From positions 1,178,001-1,242,000 of the forward strand of contig NC_043021.1 in assembly GCF_006345805.1 (NCBI RefSeq): a stretch of DNA of 64,000 nucleotides. The letters are read 5' to 3'. A program made the translations under genes and the position numbers. This stretch comes from Octopus sinensis (Eukaryota). A model generated the notes under the pieces. That model was not told the DNA's origin. It ran no database searches and saw only the letters and a list, made by a program, of their open reading frames with translations. Shown here piece after piece: positions 14,871-25,795 of this stretch. Within the stretch, counting starts at the first letter, position 1. Every line of letters begins with the position of its first letter.

Positions 14871-17800
14871 TAAAGATAGAAAAAAATAAAAAAACAAAGA
14901 AAACAAAGGGGAAAGAAATAAAGGAAAGAAAATTTCCAGCAGTATTGCTCTTCTCCGTACTTGTGAAGTATCAGATAAAACAATCTTTTGTACTTCCTGT
15001 ATGGATGGTAAGCCAGGGATCATCCTCAAATGATTTTCAGTTCCATTTTTGATCATTCCAAGTGCTCTTACAATCACTGGTATTGTAGCCGTCTTTACGA
15101 TTTCGATTACCAAATCTTCATATTTTCTGAGCTTATCGAATTCTTTTGCCGAGATGTTATGATCACAGGCTCTGCTCGAGTCAATCAATGAGCAGACTTC
15201 ATTGTTTTGGTCTTTCACAACAATATCTGGTTTGATGGTCCGGTCTGTACATACTGGAAAGTCCCAAAGAATCTTAACATTTTCTCGCTCAGTTACAACC
15301 TCAGGGTGGTGCTTGTTGCCGTTGTTATCAAAAGGTAGCGAGCTGGCAGAATCGTTAGCACCCCAGGCAAAGTGCTTAGCAGGATTTCGTCTGTCTTTAC
15401 GTTCTGAGTCCGACTATAACTGCAGGGTACGGATTACATGGTTACCATAACATTCTTAGCTGATTAGGGTGCCTAGACTCCTGTAACTGTAACAACACTA
15501 TAAACAACAAAAAGTATAGGCAGAGAGTTAAGCAACCGGATCTTTTGGAAAACACAGTTCGAGTCACAGAAAGACTGGGGCTGTTGACAGAAATTATTAA
15601 AAAAGAAAATCAGTATTCAAAGAGAGAGAAAAGTGAAGCAAGCGATTATGTTATCGACTAAACAAATCGATGTATAGTGACTTACATCAACGTGAAAAGC
15701 CGGCGCATTGGAAGACTAGCCGTAGAGCTTTCGGAAAGGTGTTTGGGGCTAGTGTAGAAGTAAAAGCTGTCGTCATGCGAGGCAAACAATTTGTCAAACA
15801 CTTGATATTTGGATTGGGATCAACGAGGCACTCCCCAGCGTCACTTAGAAATGAGTTGTTGATCCTTCTTTCATCATACACGTTGCGGAGGTAAGGGCAG
15901 TAGATGTGTTAAAAGAAATATGTTGGGGCTGGTGGTGGCGGTAGGTGATGGCTCTCTTACCTGATGACGGATCGTCTGTCTTTTCATAGGAATAAAGCAA
16001 GTGGTCCTTCTCACTCCTCCCCTTTCGTCCAACATGGTCTTATTCAAAATGGAGTGAATGCATAGGGTCTGGGGCCGCTTCGCAAGTAAAGTCATTTACT
16101 CGGCGACCTCAGGTATCTAGGCAACGATATAATGGCCATCACCGAAATCAAGATTTCCGAAGCACGAGACTTCGTACTCCTCTTCAACGGCTACGGGCTT
16201 ATCCCCTGATCGACTGGGTTCAGATGACTGAATCACTGCTGTTGAGGAAAGGTCTGGATCTCGCATTACGAACCATCTTCCTGGATTCAGAGAGTGAGTC
16301 GGTGGGGACCGGCAGCGATAGACATATCTTTAAACAAGTAAGCGTCTACACTTCGACAGGGGCGGAGCGGCTGGATTCTTTAGGCAGTTGTAGTCCTTCT
16401 TAGGAACGACTTACTCTTTAGGAGCTGTGGGAAGGTGGAACTGCATCGTTGATGCACACCAGGACAGTATGGGATTGACACGATAGAAGGGAGGATAAAA
16501 GCCAGGAAGAGCAAAATAGCCATTATCTGTCTGGTAGTATACACACACACACGCGCGTGCGCGCGCACGCACACACACATAACATAGTGGAGACTGCAAC
16601 ACAAAATGGCCGTCATTATGCATGAATGAATATTTGCTTGTATGTGCGTGAGAGTGCGTGTGTGTGTGTACGTGTGCGTGTACGTGTGCGTGTACGTGTG
16701 CGTGTGTGTGTATTATGTGTATAAATGTAGAGCATCAGAAGACGATCGGAAAGTATATCAATCGAAATATATAAATATAAAGCAGAACCAGAAATGAATT
16801 TAGTAATATTAAGTTAGTGATATCAGATAATCTTCCTCATTATTTAAATATTGGTTTCTCTAGGTGCTATAATCTAAAACCCATTGTAGCAGAAACTTAT
16901 AGTGGTTTACCTATTGGAGCAGGTTACTTCGCTGTAGCCGTAGCAAAGAAAAGCTCAAATGTTAATATCAACACGTTACAAGGTAAGTAATTTCCGATAT
17001 TCATTTCTTATTAAAAAAAAAAGCAAGGTCAAAATCTAGGGACGATGAGATAATGGTAAGATTTTTGGCTCGAGTGGCATTTAAACCCAGAACGAAAATG
17101 GATGTAAGATGGGAATTTATCTAACAGGCCTCTGGTTTTTCCAGGCAACTCCCCAAATCACAATAGAACACAACTGACATAATCAGCATTGAAAATCGTT
17201 GTCGTATGAGTCCCCAGCGACAAGAGAACGACCATTATTCTGCAGTGAAGTAAATGGATCGATCATAATTAAACGGTACTAATAACATTGTTTAACTAAA
17301 TCAAAAGCAAGGGGGACCATTCAGAGTCAATACAAAAAAGTGTTATGTATTTGTAATTTCATTCACAACTGAAATACATTATAAGAAACGACTCAAGTAC
17401 CTGTCTGGTATTTCATTTTATTCAGCCCAGGAAGATGAAAAGAACAGCTGATGCGGACGGAACTTAAGTTCAGAACCTAAAGGGTTACGACTAAATACCA
17501 AAGCTATTTTGACTGACTGACGATTCTACCTCTTCAATGAAGCATCACAGTCACAACTAATTTTATATGGAAATTGCTTATACTATGACAACAAAAATAT
17601 GTCTGATCTTTAACAGATAAGGGTGACAAATTTAGACATGTTTTTGTCATATTATCAAACCTCCTCAATGCCACAATCATTTGGATCACTCGTTTCAATA
17701 GCAAGCATTGTGAAACTTGGTTCTTACAAATGATCGAAAGTAGGTGTCGTGATGCTTATGACTTTTCATATTAAAGGATATTGAGCCTGTTTCAATATTT

Positions 17801-18800
17801 ACCGATTCCGTTACTCCACCACACTTGTCGCAATAATATCAACTATTTCTAACATTGGTACAAAGCTACATATCTTAGCAATGGGGCAAGTGAATCACAT
17901 TGAGACCTAGTATTATAATGGCAGTGCTATATGCATTATACGAACAATTATTTTACTGACCCTAGAAGGAAGAAGTACGAAGTTGGCTCGCGTGGCATTT
18001 AAACCCAGAGCGAAAATGGGTGTAACATGGGAATTTATCTAACAGGCTTCTTTCTTCCAGGCAACTCCCCAAATCACAACAAAACATAAAAAGGCTTTTC
18101 AGATGCTAACTTGAAACGGTTTCTTTTCAAGATTTCTGCGCTTTCTTTCGTGTGAAATGTTTTTTTATATTTTTCAAAAATTTTATTTCCTTTCTCTCTT
18201 TTTCCAGGTAAGATATCTTGTCACACAGGTCTGAACAAAACTGCTGGTTGGTTTATTCCGATGAGTGTATTATTTACTAATAAGAACAACCAGTTAACTC
18301 AAGCTTCGAATTTTTTCAATGCAAGCTGTGTCCCTGGTGCAATAAATGGTTCAAATATGTGCAGGTTGTGCACTCCGAACTGCAAACGGAACAGTGATAA
18401 TTTTTACTACGGGTACAACGGAGCAGCTAAATGCTTGATGGAGACTGAAGCTGATGTTGCCTTTGTGAAGCATAGTACATTCCTGAAGGAACTTACAAAA
18501 AGTGATTATGAATTATTGTGCGCGGATGGGTCAACGGCCGAAATCGGAGATTACGAACAATGCCATCTGGCTCAAGTTCCTCCTCATGCAATTGTTGGTA
18601 GAAACAACTTGACCGATGACCAAATCGAAGAAATATTTGAAAACTTTGATAGCAAAAGTGATAGCACTCTATTTTCTGACAAGTTCGGTAAAAACTTGAT
18701 ATTTTCATCTAGTACTGAATCCCTTATTGAGATACTCAGTCACTATGAAGCCTTTTTGGGTCCGAGTTATATGAACGCTTTGCCGGATATTTCCTGTTGA
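10773..18800 (+). CDS. Single-lobe (monolobal) transferrin-family protein, 314 aa, 4 coding exons (10773-10830, 14432-14606, 16864-16982, 18208-18800)
   Basis: GT-AG introns with compatible phases (1,2,1); 58+175+119+593=945 nt. Signal peptide followed by transferrin motifs [80 protein letters not shown]. Confidence 0.93.
11866..12245 (+). mobile_element. tRNA-derived SINE (family A, with CCTTGGGCAAGT CORE-like motif)
   Basis: GGCTGTGTGATAAGAAGCTTGCTTCCC head, GGCACCTTGGGCAAGT, internal (GT)n, CTTAGCGGTTCGGCAAAA tail; further copies at about 37905, 45290, 52115 and 62005. Confidence 0.75.
12309..12378 (+). mobile_element. tRNA-derived SINE head / tRNA pseudogene
   Basis: A-box TAGCTTAATGGT and B-box GTTCGAGTCCC; related copy at 59266-59334 (-). 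Confidence 0.55.
12487..13475 (+). mobile_element. Degenerate RTE-clade LINE reverse transcriptase fragment (intron 1)
   Basis: [56 protein letters not shown] across frameshifted ORFs. Confidence 0.88.
14432..14606 (+). CDS. Transferrin-like exon 2
   Basis: Acceptor TTCCAG; [18 protein letters not shown]...[16 protein letters not shown]; donor AA|GTAAGT. Confidence 0.92.
14665..15315 (-). mobile_element. 3' fragment of R4/Dong-like (RLE) non-LTR retrotransposon (intron 2)
   Basis: [16 protein letters not shown]...IPVIVRALG...VQKIVL; same family and 3' UTR as 62500-63497; (TAA)-like tail. Confidence 0.85.
15338..15410 (+). mobile_element. tRNA-derived SINE head (family B)
   Basis: GCGAGCTGGCAGAATCGTTAGCA...TTTCGTCTG...TACGTTCTGAGT matches the heads at 36996-37078 and 57228. 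Confidence 0.75.
16030..16520 (+). mobile_element. Degenerate L1/Tx1-like AP-endonuclease N-terminal fragment
   Basis: Remnant NA*GLG...HLLGDLR...DIMAITEIK resembles the NxRGL...DI..ET start of APE domains. Confidence 0.5.
16864..16982 (+). CDS. Transferrin-like exon 3 (absent from the ORF track)
   Basis: Acceptor TTTCTCTAG; [39 protein letters not shown]; donor AG|GTAAGT. Confidence 0.92.
18208..18800 (+). CDS. Transferrin-like exon 4 (last coding exon)
   Basis: Long polypyrimidine tract plus CAG; [19 protein letters not shown] continuing into ORF 18261-18800; TGA stop. Confidence 0.94.
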
Positions 18801-19489
18801 GAGGTCAGTGCGGTTCAGGGCTTAAAGCAGAAATTTTGGATTATATTTTTAGAATAATTGGTAAAATAATGACATGACACTAACGTTAACCACAGAAAAT
18901 AGTAAATCTAATCTTGACACTTTTTTTCTAAAATAAAATTTCCGATTGATTCCATCACTGCTGTTGTTTTGGTTTAATTTCTTATAAGCTACTCAAATAA
19001 TCATTTAAAAGATTTTTCTAAATAAATCATGAGAGAAGAAAGGAAAGAGGGAGAGAGAGAGAGAAGGAGAGAAGGGGAGAGAGAGAAGGAGAGAGAGAGG
19101 AGAGAGAGGGAGAGAGTACAGAACTTTTACTGAAAATATTCTTTCAGACCTCAATTTTTCATAAATGATTTGTACTTTGTAATCACTATCAACATTTGGA
19201 ATTCTAAACTTTGATAAATTTTGTAAGATTCTAACATCGATCAGTATCTCTGGTCAAATAACGACAGGGACAATATCCCTGTATCTCGGAAGGGAAGATG
19301 GAAACGAAATCTGAATGAGATTCCCAGTATTTCGTGGCAGCAACTTGAGAGATCAAGGAAAACAATTAATCTATAGATCAAATTTTAAACATTGATTTCT
19401 GCAAACTTAACAAACACCTAGAATAGCACAGAAGAAAAAACATAATATACATAGTTTTTAAAATGTGTGTATGCTCAGGCATGCATACA

Positions 19490-19745
19490 TACATGAAAAA
19501 ATCTGTAAAACTTTCCAGAAGCTTATCCTTTAAGTATATATGAGCATGTTTAGACATGCAACCATAGGCATGAGAATACGTTCATAGAACAAAACATACA
19601 AATCAGCACATATACGTATATACATACATAAAAAAGTACCCTGCAGATGTTAGTAAAATTTCAATGAAGGAGCCTTAGATCTAGGTTAGAAACCGACTCC
19701 TTCTCTATTGGCAAGAAATCTTGAAATAAAACTGAATAATTACAT
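19490..19745 (+). mobile_element. 3' end of the (CATA)n-associated R4/Dong-like family
   Basis: Matches the reverse complement of 41280-41380 and the terminal piece at 29015-29125; CATA runs on both sides. Confidence 0.75.
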
Positions 19746-19829
19746 ACAAATATGCATACTTACATACATACATACATACATACTACATACATACATACGT
19801 ATACCTCTATGTGTGTGTGTATGTATGCT

Positions 19830-19882
<53 letters not shown>

Positions 19883-20166
19883 CAATAATAAAAGGGTAAA
19901 ATTAATTAATTATTAATTAGCAATTTTACCAAGTAGTGTTCAGTATGTAAAAAGACCATTTACGGTATATTTAAAACAATACGTTATATAATTAGGGTTC
20001 AGTAAAATAATTTACTTTACCACACACCGGACTTTTAGAAATAGCAGCCAAAAAATTTTAGCTAGTTCCTCTACTATAAGAAAAGTCTCCCAGACAATGT
20101 ATACTCAAAAATAATTCACGCAAGTATAGAGGGAAAAATAACGAAAGATCACACGTACATCGATTA

Positions 20167-20229
20167 CTTGAGAACGTTGTTTCTGGATTAGTTGGATATA
20201 GAGATCAACATTTCCGTCATCAGCCCAAG
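20167..20229 (-). ncRNA. Minimal type I hammerhead ribozyme motif (Penelope pLTR-like context)
   Basis: Minus strand: CTTGGG-CTGATGA-stem II-GAAA-CAACG-TT-CTCAAG, with a 6-bp stem I. Confidence 0.6.
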
Positions 20230-20502
20230 ATTTCTTTAGGTTTGAATTTGAGAGCACTAAAAATCGAACATACCCGTCTGATATGAGTAATCCCAGACAA
20301 ACCATCTTCGACCGCTAGTACTAACTAATTAAAAAAGTACGAATGAGGCTTTGTATCCTCCCTCGTCCACCCAGGAAACAATACATGTCTTTAAGTGCTA
20401 CTAATCTGTCTGTTGTTGATTATTTAGATCTTACCCTAGACCTGAACTCCATAAGTCTAATGAGAAACTCGCATACATACATACATACATACATACATAC
20501 AT

Positions 20503-20577
<75 letters not shown>

Positions 20578-20597
20578 TATATATATATGTATACATA

Positions 20598-20791
20598 TAT
20601 AATCAAAATAAGCAAGAAGGATATCCAGATGTAATGCAGCACGACCGTTTCATGCGACTCCATTTAATTGAGCAATGCAAATATTACATCAATTTATGTA
20701 TGTAATGTTTGCATTGTTCAATTAAATGGAGTCGCATGAAACGATCGTACTGCATTACAACTGGATATCTTTGTTGCTTATTTTGATTATA
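20598..20791. repeat. Long palindrome: 92-bp inverted arms with a 10-nt loop
   Basis: 20598-20689 is the near-perfect reverse complement of 20700-20791. Confidence 0.92.
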
Positions 20792-21149
20792 ATCACCTTA
20801 TTTTAAATTGTATGGAGAATACCATACTAAATTTTGGTGCCTCAACTTAAGTACCATATTCATCTGAATCTAAATTATTATTATTATTATACACACTTAT
20901 ACACACGCCCATACACATACTCACAGATATATACACGTCCATATGCATACACACACACGCTCGCACGCACGCACGTACGTACTCACTTGCCGCCATTCAC
21001 ACATACACATTCACACACGTCACACTCACACACACACCATTCTCACATACACACATACGCTTGCACACCTTAGTTCGTTGAGAGTCACCGTTACCGTTAT
21101 AATAATAACGATAATAATAATATTAATAATGATAATGATAATAATAATA

Positions 21150-21225
<76 letters not shown>

Positions 21226-21654
21226 AAGAAGAAGAATTTACCGGGGTTAAATGACAACGTATTTCTTTTCCTAAATTTCAATGAAAGAATTTGGGATTTA
21301 AGAATCCAGTTCCTTTATTGTAGGAAGAATCAAAGACACACGTTTTTATGAAACCAACTTTAAGGAGAAAAACAGTTGTCACTAAGCAGCAACCCTGAAA
21401 TCATATTTGAATAAACTCAATAAATGTCAATCATAGACAAGTGTCAGGATTTCACCTACTTCAAAGTTGCTAATCTGCTTCAGAAATATTTCGTTTCAGG
21501 TCAGTAGCTAAAATGTTGACGTAATATTAACATCACTTAACATAACCTACATAACGTTATACATAATTAACTTTACCTGTAGCTTTCCCACACCTCTTAT
21601 AGAGACTGTTGGTAGCATGTGGACAACGGAGACGATTGTAGTTAATTGTCAATA

Positions 21655-21960
21655 ATAAGATCTGTGTCACCTTATGCGGACGATGTTACCGTAATAGCGT
21701 CGGTCATTAGGCACACCGAGGTGGTCGACATCGATTTTAGGGAGTACGAAGCGTTAATAGGAGCCAAAATCAATCGGGTAAAGTTGGCCAGCCTGCAACT
21801 CAGTACCAAGTCAAGCAGATCCATGCTGTTCAACAGCGCTGAAAGAAGATGAGCAGATGTGAAATTGTTCTGGGTCTGGTTTGGTTCAGATCACGAGGTA
21901 AAGATAACCTGGGACAAGGTGACAAGTAGGGCGGCTAGTCTCAACCAGAAGTGGGTCCAA
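21655..21960 (+). mobile_element. L1/Tx1-like RT fragment
   Basis: SPYADDVTV...YEALIGAKINRVK...LQL is homologous to the RT at 35220-36869. Confidence 0.8.
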
Positions 21961-21989
21961 AAGTAGCTATCCAAAGGCAGGAGTGGCAA

Positions 21990-22485
21990 ACGGGACTTCA
22001 TTCCGGCCAGGCTTCAGAAGCATTTGTCAAGCAAGGGCCGTTTAAACAGATCATATTACGCATTTGGTGGAATTTCGAAATGTTGTATTTTGAGCTTGCT
22101 CCAGATGGTCATTCTGTGAACGCTAACCTTTAAGCTCACAACTGCAGCTTTGAAAGTCCTCAACCCAACATTAGTCAATCAGTGTGATAATGCCCCAAAT
22201 ACACACTGCCGATGTGACCAAGGGCAAAACTTGAGGAACTGAGCGGGCTGGAAGTGCTGCCTTACTCTGCCTACAGTCCAGATCTTGCATCATCAGATTA
22301 TCATCTTTTCCAAGCCATGACACATTTCCTGCACGGACAGAGATTCAATACTGTTCATGATGTTGAAAACAAGTGAAGGGAGATTTTGACTCTAAGCCAG
22401 CCGAATTGTATAAGAGTGAAGTTGAGCTTCCGGCACAACGACGGCAATAGACAATAGACTACGATAGGATAGATTCGGACGAATA
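21990..22485 (+). mobile_element. Mariner transposase C-terminal relic
   Basis: IWWN...YFEL...SVNA, DNAP, and LEVLPYSAYSPDLASSDYHLF (mariner YSPDLAPSD motif). Confidence 0.85.
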
Positions 22486-23722
22486 AATGCGACAGAACAT
22501 AACGAAGAAAAGATATTTCTTGAACACTTAAAACACTGAATTATTGGGACTCCATCAGGGACTTTCTACAATCAGAAATATAGCACAGATTATTGCATTA
22601 TTTTCTTAGTGCACAGAAAAAAAATGAGGCTCAATACTCTTAGCTCCAGAAAGTAAAATGATTCTTCAGATTAAAAAAATGATTTTTACTGGTTCAAAAT
22701 AATTATTGCCAACTCTGTGAACTTTACCTCCGTTGACATTTATTTATTCATAGTTTATGCTCATAAAAACTGTCATATCCATGAATGCACCCTATTTACG
22801 CCGTAGTAATTGAACCGTACAAATTAATGCACGAAATAATGAGAATTAGTTTAGAAATAGAGCAGATGACGTTATTATTAAGCTGCATTATTTGCTGAAT
22901 AATTACTTGTTCCCATGGTTACGTAAGAAACTCTCTGGTTGAATAAAATAAAAACAAAATTGAGTCATCAATTAAAAATTCTTGCTAAATATATATAATT
23001 TCATTCAGGTTGTGTTTCTAATGGAAAGGTTATGTTTCTTTTTCTTTCTTTTTTTTGGTTAACATTTAAGTAAACACACACACACACACGCACACGCACG
23101 CACGCACGCACGCGCATACACACACCACACACACACATATACCACTCATACTCAGAGAGACATTCGTTTGTGCAAACTTGTACGTGCAAACACAAATATA
23201 TTCATACATGCATATATATTTGTATGTGTATATATGCGCGTGCACATATATGTATATATATATACACCAAAGACCGACCTCTGGAACTACTAAAACAACA
23301 TTAAAGCATCAGTTAGCGATCGTGTACACAGCTTTTCAAGGCCACGTCGTGTGTCAGAATTGCCAACAACTGTTTAATAATCTTTACAATGGTTGCTATC
23401 TTACTTTTACCAGGACAGCATTGGTTTATAGCAATCTATTTTGTTGAGCAAAATAAATCAGATAATCACTGTCATCTGATGATCTGATACGATAACATAG
23501 AAAAATAAACACAACAAAGTTTTAAATCAGAAAAACTAGACGTGATGGAGAAAAACTAATAACAGATCTGAAACCAGCGCAAAAAATTGCTTCAAAAAGT
23601 TATGTCGACATTTAAACATCAAAAATCATGCGGACTTGTGTAATGCATATCATTGAATAAAGCGATCATGTTAAAAATGCGACAGGAATCTCTTTGCAAA
23701 CACACACACGCGCACGCACACA

Positions 23723-23815
<93 letters not shown>

Positions 23816-25296
23816 TGATGTATATAACTTTCACATGCTCGTTTACTCCCTCGTTTCCTTTTCCTGCCAGACTATCCTATGTTAACCCCTCTGTTCTTAT
23901 CTGCATATTGGTGTATATAAAGGGCTTTGTCTATTTTTGCGTTGTATTTTTGTTGAGGAATGGTACAAACGGCATTTGTTCCGGTAACTGGTTTTTTTCC
24001 CCATAATTGTTTTTGCCCATCCCATGAAATACGTGTACATCATATAAAGCATTAACACAAACTACGTTTTCTAACCCCCGCTCTCATCATATATATATAT
24101 ATGAATGGGGAAGGTCGGTTTATCGGATTACCCTGCGTTTCCCGTCCATTAAGAGTTTAGTTTTATGGTGTATCGTCAGACCCCAAAACCAGTTGGTCTA
24201 AGACCTCTTCAAAATATGGAGGGGGAAAAGCCTCCCTACGAAGATCGTTTACCTTCGTAGCGAGGTTCCCCTCTCCATATGTATATATACACCTACATGC
24301 AGGCACACATACATACATACATACATACATGCATACATACATACATACATACATACATACATACATACATACATGCATGCATACATACATACATACATAA
24401 ATACATACATACATACATGCATGCATACATAATACATACATACATACATACATACAGACATACATACATACATACATACATACATACATACATACATACA
24501 TACATACATACATGCATGGATGCATACATAATACATACATACATACATACATACATACATGCATGCATACATACATACATACATACATACATACATGTAT
24601 GAATGTCTGAATAGGTAACATTACTTGTTGTCGGCTTTTTCGTGTGACAAGGGAAATATAATATAAAGATATATTTAGAATGTTTTCGTGTTATTGTTAT
24701 GCACCAGGTCAGGCTAGATTGTGCAGAACTAACATCAAAAGCAGTCAAACTACAACCATCCCATCTTTATATCAAAATCCTATATTGTCTGATGTATTCT
24801 TCATAGCAGACTGTGGTTACAATGTGAAGTGATTGTTATTTTTAGTATACGCCAAATGCATACCGCAACTCCACCTAGTAATGCACGATAAATACAATAA
24901 TATAATAGATTCTAATCCTGAAACTCCTAAAGGTAGCCATCTGCTGTGACGATCTCACCAGAGTGGGAAAATCTGCTAAGTCTCTGGGAACTGCACTGAA
25001 TTATCTTTTTAGGACTAAGTTGAAAATCAAGCTGTTTCCCCAGTCTCAATAGAGTCACACCCAGTTTTACTGCAAAGACTAATGTAATTTAATTCTCCCG
25101 ACACCCTACTTAAAAAGCCACTACAATGCACCATTTCGATGGAAAGCATGCATCCGTTTTCACTACATTGCTCGCCCTATATATTCATACACAAATTCCT
25201 ATAAATATCAAACACATAAACACGTTTAACGCTGCTGTGAAATAATTTTTCACCTACAACTGGTCTGTTGACATTTTGATCTCTGCAATAATACTA

Positions 25297-25370
<74 letters not shown>

Positions 25371-25739
25371 CTATATCTATCTACCTATCCATATATATTA
25401 CTGTTTTGTTCTTGTTACTACTTTCACCCACTGCAAAAAATCCCAAATTTTATTTAATTTGCTTTGCGGGAAGGATTGTTTCAACGAAGTCGCGTCTTGT
25501 CCTTGCCTTCGAGACGTGGAGTAAATGAAACAGGGACAACTGTTGAAGGGGAATATTCCTTATGCTGTATGTCTCGTTTCTCTGTTTGTTTTTTCGTTGC
25601 CCCCCCAGTTCGTTTCTATGTTTTTGTTTTTATGTCTTTGTTTCTCATTGTATTCAACGGTTTTTTTTATATCCTGTACCCATATATGCATGTATATATA
25701 TATATATATGTAGGTATGTACATATATGCATATATTTAC

Positions 25740-25795
<56 letters not shown>

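Noticed and set aside
18798-18800. TGA recoded as selenocysteine or edited to Trp to reach a second lobe
   Set aside because: No SECIS is evident, and no downstream lobe-coding sequence is visible in the window.
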